Assembly (NCBI RefSeq): GCF_036321535.1
Contig: NC_087447.1
Span: 38,566,001-38,630,000, forward strand
From: Camelus dromedarius
Lineage: Eukaryota
Direction of reading: 5' to 3'
Length of the DNA stretch: 64,000 nucleotides
Every line of letters begins with the position of its first letter. The first letter of the stretch is position 1. Below, piece by piece: positions 39,536-51,584 of this stretch. The notes beneath the pieces were generated by a model that worked only from the letters and a program-made list of their open reading frames with translations, had not been told where the DNA came from and searched no databases. The position numbers and the translations under genes were made by a program.

Positions 39536-40474
39536 CAGGGCCTAGGGTCTTCAGGGTCCCCGAAATTGTCTCAGGAGATGTGGGATGGGAGTGTGACCAG
39601 AGCAATGGCCTGCAGTGACCTGTGCTGTGAAATGACCGCATCCCAAGCTCGGTCTTCTCTTTCCTTACTCCCTCCTGAGTGCTCCTGGGCAGCGAGATGT
39701 GGCTGCCTACCAGGCTCTCTCAGGCCCGAAGGGCTTCTGTGAGTAGTGACTGCCAGAGCTGGACTGTCACCTCCCACAGTGCAGCCTGTGAATGGCCTTC
39801 AAAAAACTGTAGCTCTTCTTCCAGATCCCTCACTAGCCTCTTTCTAGAGCTATTGATGAGGGGTGATGGAATTTCCCGACAATATTTTTTTTTACTGATG
39901 GACTATCTCTCCCCATCTCCCATTGGTATGAATGGGGACCTAGATAATGGTCTGGCTCCTGGGCGCACAGGACATGATACATGGTATATAAAAGATGCTT
40001 TAGCGTGTAATGACCATGATTAATCACTGACTAATTTACCAAACACGTCAAGACATAGGTGCAAAAAGCACGTGTCAATGCACAAATGCTTATTTTTAGA
40101 AATGGTGATTTCAGCTTAGTGTGAATGTCACTCCCCCAACCCTCTCAAGGATCATATTAAGAAAACCGTAATCCACCACACCGACCTCAGGAGAACAGAG
40201 ACATGGCATCCCAACAACACGGCCATAGCTTTTAAGCACAAGCTGAAGAAACAACAAGCGCATCCAGGGGAAATCTGAGACGACAAGGTGGACAAAGGTG
40301 TCCCTGTCCTCTACTGAACATAAAGCCCCCAAACTCAGCAGCTAGATTTCACTTCCTATGGCACCAATTTTCCAGCACATGGTCCTGTAAACTTCAAGCC
40401 GCTGGGAAAGAAACCTAAAAAGATGCTTTGACTACATTTCTGGGTTTCAGTGATTCTGTGATTGTTTTTCTTAC

Positions 40475-40623
40475 CTGCTGTCGAATTTCCTCCTCCATTT
40501 TCACTGGTGAGCCCAGTTCTGCAACTTGTTTGACGCCCTCGCTTGCGTATCCTCCATACTCCCACAGCACGTAATTCTTGGAGTGGGATCCGCCGATGAT
40601 CGCAGACCAGTGATTGGCCCGAC
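40475..40623 (-). CDS. SPON1: Internal coding exon of SPON1 (F-spondin/spondin-1), Spondin_N domain; probably exon 6; 149 nt, phase 1 start, phase 0 end
   Basis: Translates as (R)RANHWSAIIGGSHSKNYVLWEYGGYASEGVKQVAELGSPVKMEEEIRQQ, matching vertebrate F-spondin as I recall it (..DYPRRANHW..EEIRQQSDEV..). Acceptor ctttcccag|GT at 40624/40623, donor CAG|gtaaga at 40475/40474, locally CpG-rich. Exon number is from recall. Confidence 0.97.
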
Positions 40624-40719
40624 CTGGGAAAGCCAATTGGGATGCAGGTATCAGTGTGGCTGTGGATAAAATACAAGTCCCTCAAAGCATGGAGAGGAGG
40701 TGTAATTGGACAATGATTC

Positions 40720-41570
40720 AACCAGCGATGGCCAAGCACCTGCTCTGTGTTAGATTTGTGCTATTCAGGGATGAGTAAGAGTCCCTACAAGTAAGTAAGT
40801 CTTGGAAATAAGCAGACAGGGCAATGGTAGGTGTCCGAACAAGACACAGAGGCAGCCCAGCATGATGACTTCTGTCTGGGAAGAGCTCAGAGCAGAGAAA
40901 AGTTGGGAGAATTTTAAATGCTGATCAGATTTGTAAGACAGAACAGAGAGGAAAGGCTGTTTCTGGCAGACTCAGAAACACTAAATAACCTTGCGTGTTT
41001 GGGGAGCCATACGTAATTTCACATTGCTGTGTCACACTCTGTCAAGGGGAGAGGTAGGCAGTGATGCCAGAGAGGTAGGAAGGAGCCTGCTCATGGATGT
41101 CCTTGTTCTAAATGCTTCAGGAGTTCGGATGTCATTTGAAAGGGTCTGAAACCACCGAAGGGTTCTGAGCATGGGAATGACACAGTCACATTTGAATTTC
41201 AGATAAATCATCCGGGCAGCAGTGTGAAGAACGCATTAGAGGGAGCAAAACTGGAGTGTGGAGCCGGGGAGGGCAGCAAGGAGCAAAAAGGAAGGGAGGG
41301 AGAAAGGAAGTAGGCTTAACAGTTCTTGGGAATAAGCATACTTGTTTTTAGCTGGATGCACCTTCCAGGGTGAGAGGCAGGCAGGCTAGCCCCGTGAAAG
41401 GACAGGAGAGGTGATGCAGATACAAGGAAGTGACTGGTCCACAGTGGTTGGGTGAGGATGATGCAGGATGATGACTGTAGAGGGATGTAGGATGGAATTA
41501 ATGGATGATGTGAAGGGAGAACAGAATAAGGTCTGGGCAGGACCAACACAGAACTTGGCCTGAAGACTTT
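40720..41570 (-). mobile_element. L2 LINE remnant
   Basis: agagaggtaggaaggagcctgctcatgga..gaagggttctgagcatgggaatgacacagtcacatttg. Confidence 0.7.
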
Positions 41571-42239
41571 TCAAAGTCTCGGAGGGAGGAAGAAGAGGAA
41601 AGAGAGTCAACACCAGCACCACACTGGATTTGTTTTTGCACATGATGACTATAGATGCATCTCTATTACTAAGTTACATACAGCTCATCATAGAGTTGGC
41701 TCAGTTCTCCACCATTCTCGGTTGGTTTTATAAAGTCTCAAGTGAAGAAACATTTTCAGGGATAGTAAAGAGGAAAACTTGAACTGGGTGGACAACCAAC
41801 ATTTGCAGTTTACTACCCCATGGGACTGGACTTCTCTCCAGTCCACCCCACGACTTAATAAAATGCTTCTGAACAGGCCCTGATCTTGTTTACATCTGCC
41901 ACCTGCTACCCCAGGGTCCTCAGACCCAGGGGCACATCAAGAACATGGGCACAAAGCCACCTGCACAGCTTTCTGAGGGATGACATCACCATGTGGGTCT
42001 GCTCAATTGCTGGCTCATTATTTCCCACACATCAGGGAAATGCAGACTCTGTGTCTTTCCCTCACACTCCTAGAGAAGACAGATGGAGATGTTGCCAGCT
42101 ATTTCTCTAACTCACTTCCTGAGTAGGGAGAATGTCCTAGTTATCATCTAGGCCAAGAGCATGGCTTGTATAGGGGCAAGGGTTGGAGCCACCCATGACC
42201 TTTGGTTCATGATGTGAACACAGGGAGGCCAGATGCAGC

Positions 42240-42905
42240 ATCTCTTGCCCCTCCCGCTCTGTTCCACCGAAATGCCCCCTTGTTCCAGACCCATCCTACC
42301 TGCAATTTTGTACTCTAGTTCCTGAGCACATGCTGTTCCCTCTGTGCTCTCCTCCTCTTGGCTTAGCGAACTCATTCCTCCTTCATTATCTACCCAAAAG
42401 CCTCCCAAGACCACCCTAGAATGACTTAAGCCCTTGTCTTCTGTCTCCTCTTAGTACAGATCACATTTTAAAAACTGAAGTACAATATTATATCTGTTTC
42501 AATATACAGATTTACAATAGTATATTAGTTTCAGATGTACAACATAGTGATTCAATATTTTTATAGGTTATACACCATTTAAAGTTATTACAAAAGAAAG
42601 AATGGCTATATTCCCTGTGCTGTACAACATATCCTTGTTGCTTATCTATTTTATACATAGTACCTTGTACCTCTTGCCCCCCATCCACATTGTGCCCCTC
42701 CCCCTTCCCCACCGGTAACCACTAGTTTGTTCTCTGTATCATCACAGATCACATTTATGATCCCTGCTATATGTCTGTTTCCCCACTAGACTGTAAACTC
42801 CCTGAGGAAGCCTGTCTTCAGCACTGTAGCCCCAGTCCCTAGCCCTGTTGCCTGATGCACTGTGAATGCTTACTACGTGCTCCCTGAAGCATTCCAACCA
42901 AATAA
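42240..42905 (+). mobile_element. L2 3' remnant split by an L1 insertion
   Basis: acatgctgttccctctg.. then, after the L1, tgtctgtttccccactagactgtaaactccctgagg. Confidence 0.75.
42469..42743 (-). mobile_element. 5'-truncated L1 3' UTR with perfect 13-bp TSD
   Basis: acaacatagtgattcaatattttt..ggctatattccctgtgctgtacaa..ggtaaccactagtttgttctctgtatc; TSD acagatcacattt at 42456-68 and 42744-56. Confidence 0.92.
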
Positions 42906-43084
42906 TCAAATGGGAAGGTGGCAATATATGTGCTGGAAGCATTTGGGAGCAGACTTGCACAGATTTGATTCAATATGATTAAATTCAAGCCTCAGTTCAG
43001 CAGAGTTCCTAACTCCTACTGGGTTGAAGCAATCAGCTCTCCTGCATGCTGTTAAAAAATAAACAGCAAACAACAACCTAAAGG

Positions 43085-43330
43085 AAAGGCACTGGTCTTA
43101 GAGCCAGAAGATGGGGATTCAAATCCTGGCACTGCCACTCACTAGCCGTATAAACTTGGTCAAATTCCAATGACTTTATTTCCCTGAGTCCCAGCTCCCT
43201 CCTTTGTAATTCAGGGATGATCATGCCTACCTTATCCACCTGTTAGAAGAATTAAATTCAATTTTCAAAATAATGACATGAGGTATGTGCAATCACAGGC
43301 ACACAGTAGACCCACAGTAATTATAGTTTC
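43085..43330 (+). mobile_element. MIR SINE
   Basis: gattcaaatcctggcactgccactcactagc. Confidence 0.75.
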
Positions 43331-45004
43331 CTCCTTGGCTGTAGTTCGGGAACTACAAAAATGAGTAAAACATGAACTTGCCTTTAATTCAATATAGGAG
43401 ATAAGAAACATAAGATGTAACTTAAGAGAAAAGGAATAAGTACCATCTCAGGGGAATGAGGGACCTCAGTTAGATGGGACACAAAGAAGTTTCGTCCTGG
43501 GTTCCATTGTCCACCAGGAAATGAGGGAGGAGTGGGAGAAAGGCTGCAGGCATCAGGAGGCCTGGGGAGACGGGGACAAAGTAATGCTTGTGAGCTTCCT
43601 AAAGGAATACGTAGTGAGGCTACCACTGGGGTCCTTGCGGAAACACTTGGGCTTCAGTCTTGGGACAGAGGAGGAACAGAGACCATTGCTAACACTTTGG
43701 TTCTCAGGTAAGGCCACAGCTCTTTGGTTTAGCATCCCTCTCAGGCCCAGGCAGTGTCCAAGTGGCTCACACATATCTGAGTCTAGATGTTTACTCCTAG
43801 TAGCTTGGATGAGGCATAGATGGGACAGAGGTAGGTGAGAGGCTGGGAGGAGGAAATGATTAGACATACAGGTTTGAGATACTGATAGCCAACCAGGTGT
43901 GCGTTTGTCTGAAAAGCCACTCCAGGGGGGTATCCTAAATTTATGTGTAGCCTCCTCATTTCTGACATCTTTTCTGTTGTAATCACTGGTGCTAAATTAC
44001 CAGTGTTCACAATGATGCTGAAAAGGCTAGTGCTGCTGAAAGAAGAACCGTGTCTGGCCTTTTGTCTGGTGGAGGAGGAGGCGTGTGGCACAGTAGATGG
44101 ATTCTCTGAAGTGCCTGCATGTGGCACGTATTCAGTGACAGCCCATATTTCCTGGTCTGCCTTGCCAGTGTCTGCATTTCCCTGCCAATCCCAATCCTGC
44201 AGAAGCCACCCAGTCATTTCCTTGACACTCATTCCTAGAGCTTCACTGGAGAATGTCCCACAGCCTTGGTGACTAGTTTGCTGCCACCCCCTGTTATCCA
44301 ACCTCAGCTTCACCCATCATATCTCAGCAAATCTTTGTTTAGGGCCCTGGTTGAGCCCTTTTGGATTTTGTTATAGTAGCTACATCAGTTCTAAGTTCTA
44401 GCCTCCTCTCCTCTATCTCATAGCAATAACTCTGTCACTTAACTCTTCTGAGAAGATAAAGATTAACACATCCATAGACTTATCCAGGTACTACGTGGCC
44501 AGTGGTCACAGGAGAATGCTGTGGACCTCTAACCCTAGGCACAAAAGTTGTCTTGGATCTCACTTCACTCTTGTCCTGGTTATTCTCACCCTGAGCCCAA
44601 TTTCAGGATCTGCCTGGCTTCTGATTCTCTGGATTTGGCCACAGAATGTGGCTCCTCTGGGTCTGCCCCCGGGGTGCTGCCCAGTACACAGCTTGTATTT
44701 GCCCTCTGGCTCTTCCTACTCTTGGCTGCTTCAGGAACTCGCTCTGAGCCAGTCTAGTTTTCAGGATCCCATCCCAGTATGGCCTCCTGGAAAAAATCCC
44801 TGCATTGGGAGAGCTGTCATGTGGGCCAGAGATTCCTCAACTTTCTCTCTTTCTGCCTCATTTACTTTTTTCCTTCCTTAAGGTCTCATGAGAAATGTCA
44901 CTTTTCCATTCCAGGGAGACTTCTTACACTCAGGCGATCAATGACATTCCCTTGCGTTTCCCCTGAGGCCTCCAATAATGATATTCTATTCTATTCTATT
45001 AACT

Positions 45005-45760
45005 AATTCATTGAACAAACATTTACTAGGAAAACACTAGGTGCTAAGCCAGGGATCAGCAAGCTACAGCACACTGCCTGTTCTTGTTCCAAGAAGGTTT
45101 TTTATTTTACATTTTGTGTATATTGTTCATGGCTAGTTTCATGCTGCAAGGGCATGTCAAGTAGTTACAATAGAGACTGTCTGGCCTGCAAACCCCAAAG
45201 CAGTTATTATCTGGCTCTTTATAGAAAAAGTTTCCTAAAACCAGTGCTAGGCCATGGAGACTCTGAAAAGAATCAGACTGGGCCCCTGTCCTTGAGATGT
45301 TCAGTCTGGAGGGTAGGGTGGAGGGCACGAAGGACAAGTCATAACAGGTGATTACAATAAAGTATTTGCAATACAGCTTTGCTAAAGGCAAAAGCATGCT
45401 AATATAAAAGCACAAGTAAGGGGGCATTTAACCCATTCTGTACCAGAGAAGGCTTCCTGGAGGAGACAGCAGTTGAGCTGCATTTTGAAGGATTAAGTAG
45501 GAGTTAGCAAGGCAATGAGGGGAGAGAAGGGAGGGTGTTTTTGCAGAGGGACCAGTATGTACAAAAGAAGAGCATAACAAAAGCCAGAGGTTCATGGAAA
45601 ACCAAAAGTAGGTCAAGGTAGTGTGCGTATGTGTGTGTATTTGTAAGAAAGGAATTATTGGTGATGAAGCCAGTCAGCCAGGCAGATCATAAAGGGATAT
45701 GTATGTCTTCACAGTAAGTTTTAATTTTATCTTGAAGGCACTGTGGAGAGGAGATTAAGA
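45005..45760 (-). mobile_element. L2 remnant interrupted by MER58A
   Basis: attcattgaacaaacatttact tail; agagaaggcttcctggaggaga..ttttgaaggattaagtaggagttagc. Confidence 0.8.
45050..45244 (+). mobile_element. MER58A (hAT-Charlie MITE)
   Basis: cagggatcagcaagctacagc..gtagttacaatagagactgtctggcctgcaaa..atctggctctttatagaaaaagttt; 8-bp TSD tgctaagc/tgctaggc. Confidence 0.85.
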
Positions 45761-45807
45761 TATTCCTGTCTACAGACAACTCCCAAATCTATATATATGC
45801 TCGTCTA

Positions 45808-47510
45808 ACTTCTGCTTCTGATTCTGATGTAGCAAATGGCACTGGACTAGCCCTCCGGACATAAGTAACTATAAAACTGGGCAAAATATATGAAGCACCA
45901 GTTTTCAGAAGTTGGAAAACAGATAGCAAAGGACTATGATCCCTGAGAGAAGGGAAACACAAGAGATGAGTCCCAGGTTTGTCCTGGACATTTTCTGGTT
46001 CGTGGTGCAGGAAAGTGGAGCACAGCAGAGAACGGCAATCTGGCTAAGCTGATGTCGTAGAGGTAGGAAGTTGAGGCTACTAAGGTAGATAGGATTTACT
46101 GCTAAGAACGCCAGGGAGGAGGGAGCTGCACAGAGAAATCAGAAATATGCATAAAAGTCCCTTTGACTCTGTGACCAAACACTAAGCTACACCCGTGCAG
46201 GGTGACACTCCACAAGGCCTGGGAGAGAATAGCCACTGGGGAGCTAAGAGCTGAATGGAAATTAGAGATCACACAATGCTAGAGATGCAGGACTCCCAAC
46301 CATCCATATTGGGGAGACCTTGCTAATCATTTCATATGTTCAACTGAGACCCTAGAAAAGCCACATATTAGGAATAAAATTACATTAGTCCTAAAGCATG
46401 GGCCTAACAAAGCTTAGAAAACAAGCCCTGAAAGTGAATCAAGCAAATCTATCAGTAAATCTGCTGGATCAAACCTCCATACTCTTTAAAGGAAGACAAC
46501 AAATCCAGACACTCAACAATGCACTCAACAATGTAGCATCTGCAGTGTCTATCATAAAATCAAAAATTGTTCAGAAGCAGGAAAATATGATTTATAACTA
46601 TGAAGAGACTCCAGTCAATAAAAAAGTTCTTGAGCTGACAGGTATGTTGGGGTTATCATATGAGGACTTTAAAACACCTATTAGCAATATGTTAAAGAAT
46701 TTAAGGAATAGACTTACTGAGTCAACTGACAGGGATCCTCAGTGGAGAAACAGACTGTTTTTAAAAACCCAATGGAAATTTTAGAACTGAAAAATATATC
46801 TGTATTAGGACATTGCAAACAAAAAGATTTGTAAACTAAAAGACAGGGTAATAGAAACAACGCGGAATGAAGCACAGAGAAAAAAAATGTTGGAAAAAAA
46901 ATGGAGTCTCAGTGACCTTTAGAACAACAAGCAGTTTAACATAGCAGTGATTGGAGTCCTGAAGGAGACAAAAGAGAAACTGAGTTATAAAATATTTAAA
47001 GAAATGATGCCTGAAAATTTCCCAAACCTGATGAAAAATATCAACCTACAGATCCAAGAAACTCAATAAACTCCAAACAGGATTAAAACAAAGAAAATTA
47101 CACCTAGACACATCATAATCAATTGATGATACCTAGAGATTGAGAGAGAATCTTAAAAGAGTCAGACGCAATAAAAGACAGATTATAATCAGGAAAACAA
47201 AGAAAAGAATGACTGCTGACTTCAAAAACAAGACAATCCAAAAGATAATGAAATGACACCTCAAACGTTCTGAAAGAAATAAAAAACCTGTCAGCCTAGA
47301 ATTCTATATCCTGCAAAAATATCCTTCAAAAACTGAGGATGAAATAAAACACTCTTTTGATAAATAAGAGCTGAGTAAATTTATTACCAGCACACCTGCA
47401 GTATATGAAATATTAAAAGTTCTTCAGGCTGAAGGGAAATGAAAACAGATGGACACTCAGATCTACATGAAAGGATAGAGTTCCAGAGAAAGTAAATACA
47501 TGGGTAAGGT
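45808..47510 (+). mobile_element. Old L1M 5' UTR and ORF1 remnant
   Basis: tgattggagtcctgaaggaga..gaaaatttcccaaacctgatgaaaaatatcaacctacagatccaagaaactcaa..cctagaattctatatcctgcaaaaatatccttcaaaa. Confidence 0.88.
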
Positions 47511-47864
47511 AAACCTTTTATCTCTTTTTCACTGAAGCATTTCTCCCTTGAAATAAAGAAGTTCAAGTTTTCCCATTCTGGGTGAAAAAAATTTCCATCA
47601 ATGCTCTCCTTCCACAAAGCCTACCTTTTGTCTTTCCTGCATCTCCAGGCTTTTCAGGAAATTTAAGTGTACTATTTTTCACTTCCTCTCCTTGAATTTT
47701 TTTCTCAAATCCTTGCAGTCTGATCCTGAACTCCCACCTGAGCTCATTTACTCAACCAAGTCTTTGAAACTTTGACTTTGCTCCCCTCTATTCCCACAGT
47801 TGGACCATCTCTGGGGGCAATTGGGAGAAAATTACTGTCTGTTTTGTTTTCCATATAAAAATAA

Positions 47865-48200
47865 AAGTATACTTTAAATTCAATAAAATTCATCCTCTTT
47901 AATGTGTAGTTTAGCAAGTTTTGACAAACGCATGCAATCATGTAACCACTATCATAATCAAAATATGGAATAGTTCTATTACCAAAAAAAAAAAAAAAAA
48001 GCCACATATCCATTGTAGCCAACCCCATTCCTCCATCCCCAGCCCTAGGTAACCTCTAATCTGTTTTTGGTCCCTACACTTTAACCTTTTTTGGAATATA
48101 GTACAAATGGCCTCATACAGTATATAGACTTTTGAGTTTGACTTCTTTAACTTAGCATAAATACATTTGAAATTCATTCATGTTGTTGGATGTATCAGCT
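47865..48200 (-). mobile_element. L1MB/MC-type 3' end
   Basis: aataaaattcatcctctttaatgtgtagtt..ccagccctaggtaacctctaatctgttttt..attcattcatgttgttggatgtatcag. Confidence 0.85.
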
Positions 48201-48269
48201 CATCCTTCTTTCAAATGTCTTGAAAGATAAAAGAGACCTCCTACTGGTTTAAGGTCATCACCACATTCC

Positions 48270-48465
48270 TGTTTCCATCATTTACTAGCTATGTGACCTT
48301 GAATAAACTACCTAAGTTTTCTAAGACTCAGTTTTCTTATCTGTGAAATGGAGATAACAATAGTACTACCATGTAGGTATTACTATGGGTAATACAGAAG
48401 GAAATCCATAGAAAAACAGTACAATTCCTGTTATATAATAAACATTCAATAAATACTATTTTTAA
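48270..48465 (+). mobile_element. MIR SINE
   Basis: tttactagctatgtgaccttgaataa..ctcagttttcttatctgtgaaatggagataa. Confidence 0.85.
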
Positions 48466-48989
48466 TATTAATATTCCATTTCTCCAGGGAAGGCAGGAGT
48501 TGGAAGCAAACTGGAACACGCATAGGACCTGTCTATTTGGTTAAGGCAATGTTCTAGAGGATATCTGGGTTTTCCAAGTGGTGCTGGAAGCTTAGCTGTG
48601 GTTCAGGTGGCAGTCAGCATTGAAAGGGTATAGACGCCCATCGGGTGGGTGGAACATGTGGTGGGAAAATGGCAGCAGAATGAGTCGAGTGTACAGACAG
48701 AAGTTCTCAGAAGCAGGCAGTAGAGCCCCTGACTTAAGTTTATAATCAGCGTTCAGGTTCCATCTTCTGGAGTCAGGGAGAGGGACTGAAAAGAGGCTGA
48801 GACGGAGGCAGTGACCAAAGAAGCATTTCTGTTCTGAGACTTGGCGACACATGGCAGGGACATCTTGAGTGTCGAGACAATTTAGGAACCCAGAGATGAG
48901 CCCCAAAGGACCTGGGACCTCTACTGGGACTGAAGGATCTTTAACAACTGCCTCCCTCACATAGGAATTGCCTGAGAAACTGGGAAATA

Positions 48990-49172
48990 ATAATCATTAA
49001 TATCTAGTGAGACTTTACTATGTGCTTTATATGTTATTGTTTATTTAATCCTTGAGATAATCCCATTTTACAGATTAGGAAGTTAAAGCACAGTAATGTT
49101 AAGTGACTTGCTCAGAGTTACCCAGCTAGTAAGTGGTAGAGCCAGGATTTTGTCCCAGCAGGCTCACTCTAG
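48990..49172 (-). mobile_element. MIR SINE
   Basis: cccattttacagattagga..gttaagtgacttgctcagagttacccagctagtaagtggtagagccagga. Confidence 0.85.
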
Positions 49173-49175
49173 AAA

Positions 49176-49378
49176 AGCTCTAACTGAATTTTTCTGGGAA
49201 GATAGAAGTGTTCTATACTCCACTGTCCAATAGCCACTTGCCACGTGTGGCTATTGGGCACTTGAAATGTCGTGTATCTAGTGTGACTAAGGAACTTAAT
49301 TTTAAATTTTATTTGATTTTAATCCATTAAAATTTTAATAGCTACATGTGTCTAGTAAATATCATTCAGTCAGCACAA
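49176..49378 (+). mobile_element. MER3 (hAT-Charlie) fossil
   Basis: ctgtccaatagccacttgccacgtgtggctattgggcacttgaaatgt..tagtgtgactaaggaacttaattttaaattttattt. Confidence 0.85.
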
Positions 49379-49564
49379 CTGTGGAATCTTAGATAGGTCT
49401 AAGCACTACTAAGTGTAAGGACCAAATGTGCAGGTAGCCCCTCTGGGAAGTAGAGATGAGAAAGGATAGGTCTTACTGGGGACTGGGGTCTCTCACAGCT
49501 GTAAGGCACATGTGGCAGGTAGACAGCATGCAGGAGGAGCCTGCCCTTGAACTAAGATCTGGCC

Positions 49565-50042
49565 TGCAGTAGTTGCATTTGATGCTCTGTATCACACACC
49601 CTCCATCTACCTCTGACTTCAGCCCATAACAGTGGGAGGCAGATGTGAGCACACACTCACCTGCCAGTGAGTATCTATCTCGAGTGTATCGCGTTTCTTT
49701 CCATTTACTGCCTCATGGTCCTCTCTGAAGCCTTGAGTACCTGCTTGGATAGCAAGCAAGTGCCTAGGAGTTCAGGGAAGTTGGTGCTCCTGAAGACAAT
49801 ACTCAGCTATGGAGTGGTGGGTGCTAGTGGACAACTCTGGAAGATGGATAATTCTAGAAGGCATTCTACACACTTTTCAGAGGTACACTGATGCCAGTGA
49901 CCTCAAAATGCACTCTTAGGTAGATTCCTTCTCTTTATCATTTTCCCCCAATTCCTTCACTCCTGCTTCCTGGATCTCCTTCTACATAAACTATCTGCAC
50001 CAAATCCTTGCCTCAGGCTCTGCTTTTGGGGAAGTTGAGACA
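49565..50042 (+). mobile_element. LTR16-family (ERVL) solo LTR
   Basis: ggataattctagaaggcattctacac..cactcctgcttcctggatc..ataaactatctgcaccaaatccttgcctcaggctctgcttttggggaa..gaca. Confidence 0.85.
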
Positions 50043-51584
50043 TGGCACTTTCAATTAAGATCATGTATCTGGGTCTAGAGATCCATAAAAGTCTGGAGAT
50101 TAGACAAGAGCCACCTGGGGCTGCTCCTCTTGTTTCTGTAAACAGAGTAGTTTTATAGAACACAGATGACCCTTCAGCATCCTGCACCCAAAGCTACGGA
50201 TGTTATTTCCACTGTCATTGTCATCATCATTGTTGCCATTGTCATCATTATCATCCACTTATTGAGCACATTCCCTGCATCAGGCACTTCATAGCTAATA
50301 TTCTCCTGTTCTCACAGTGGTCACACTTGGTAGGTCAGTTACCAACCCCATGTTATTGATGAGGGAACTGAGTTGCTGATAAATGGCAGAGCTGAGATTA
50401 TCATCTGGTCTGCCAAGGCCATGCCCCCTCTATTCCCCTAGGGTCACAGCTTGGGCCAAGTCCAGAGTTATTTAAGAAGTCATTCTGATGCTACCTATGG
50501 CTGACACTGGAATCAACTCTTGGAGTAGGGACACCAGGGGAATAAATAGGACAGTGCCTATCTAGTGCCTCTGACAACACTGTGGGTATTGGCTCTTGGC
50601 TTTCATAAATTTCAGCCTTCTTTAAACTCAGATTTCCCAACACAATTTTTCTGAACTTCTGACCTCTGATTTATTTGGACATTTATAAAGCCTAGCCAAT
50701 CACCTGGTTTTCATCTCAGAGGTAAATAACATAATCTCAGGTCACCTCCAAACTCCTATCCCCATTGCTAGTCTAGAGACTGGTTAAAGGTTTATTGTGC
50801 TCTGACAAATAGCACTGGGGTTAAATTTCTAGAAAGAAGGACTTCACTTAAAAGTGTCCTTCTAAGCTGTCTTTTCTATATAAAAATTGTTACATATGAA
50901 AGAGAGGGTATATCCCTGGACAACTTTCAAATGTTTAATACACCATTTACACCTGAGTTTGAAGCCCCAGGGAAAGAATTCTAGCACTTTCAATGATAAA
51001 ATTCTAGCAATGTTTATCTAATTTTAAAAATCTAGGAGCTTGTATTTAAAAACTTAGCTGGAGCAGTAAATAACTTTGTTTTGTTTTTTTAGAGTGTAAC
51101 CAAAAAAAAAAAAAAAAGACTTCTCCCATTCCAATTAGTTCATTTTTCAGGTTTAAATCTTAACTGTCAGCTAACTCTGTAAATAAGTAAGCCAGTGCTC
51201 CTCTGTATTTAAAAATGTTTTAGGCCGTGGAGAGAAGAGATAGTGAGAAATAGAAATTACTGAGCAAACACTTGTACTAGGTGCTTTCATATGTATCAGC
51301 TAATTTACTTCTCAATTCCCTTTCATTGATGAGGAAACAAAGGCTCAGAGAGGATTTGTAATTTGCCAGTGGACACATTGCCTGTGAGCGGTTGAACCAG
51401 GATCTTGATTATGGGAAGGTTTTTTTCTTCTGCCTGGGAGAGGGAAGCTGGAGGCTCTGGTGAAAGTTTGCTAAGCTAATAATAGAAGCAAAATCTTTTG
51501 AACCAATTTCATACATAGCTTGAAAGAGGAGTCAGGATGGGGTAAAAGAAAAATTCCACCTCAAAATTGAGGGTAAAAGTGAAG

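Larger units (their letters stand above)
1..40474 (-). other. SPON1: SPON1 intron downstream of the exon (continues beyond window start)
   Basis: Starts with GT donor at 40474; the next SPON1 peptide (SDEVLTVIKAKAQWP) was not found in the window. Confidence 0.85.

Noticed and set aside
40415..40636. 73-aa ORF as a standalone gene or truncated SPON1 isoform
   Set aside because: Only 40475-40623 is SPON1; the flanks are intron read-through past canonical splice sites, and I saw no nearby minus-strand AATAAA to support intronic termination
43783..44313. Longest ORF in the window (176 aa) with overlapping antisense ORFs
   Set aside because: No recognisable protein family or codon bias; consistent with chance
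46398..46784. 128-aa ATG-initiated ORF
   Set aside because: Lies within a decayed L1 5'/ORF1 remnant; no evidence of domestication
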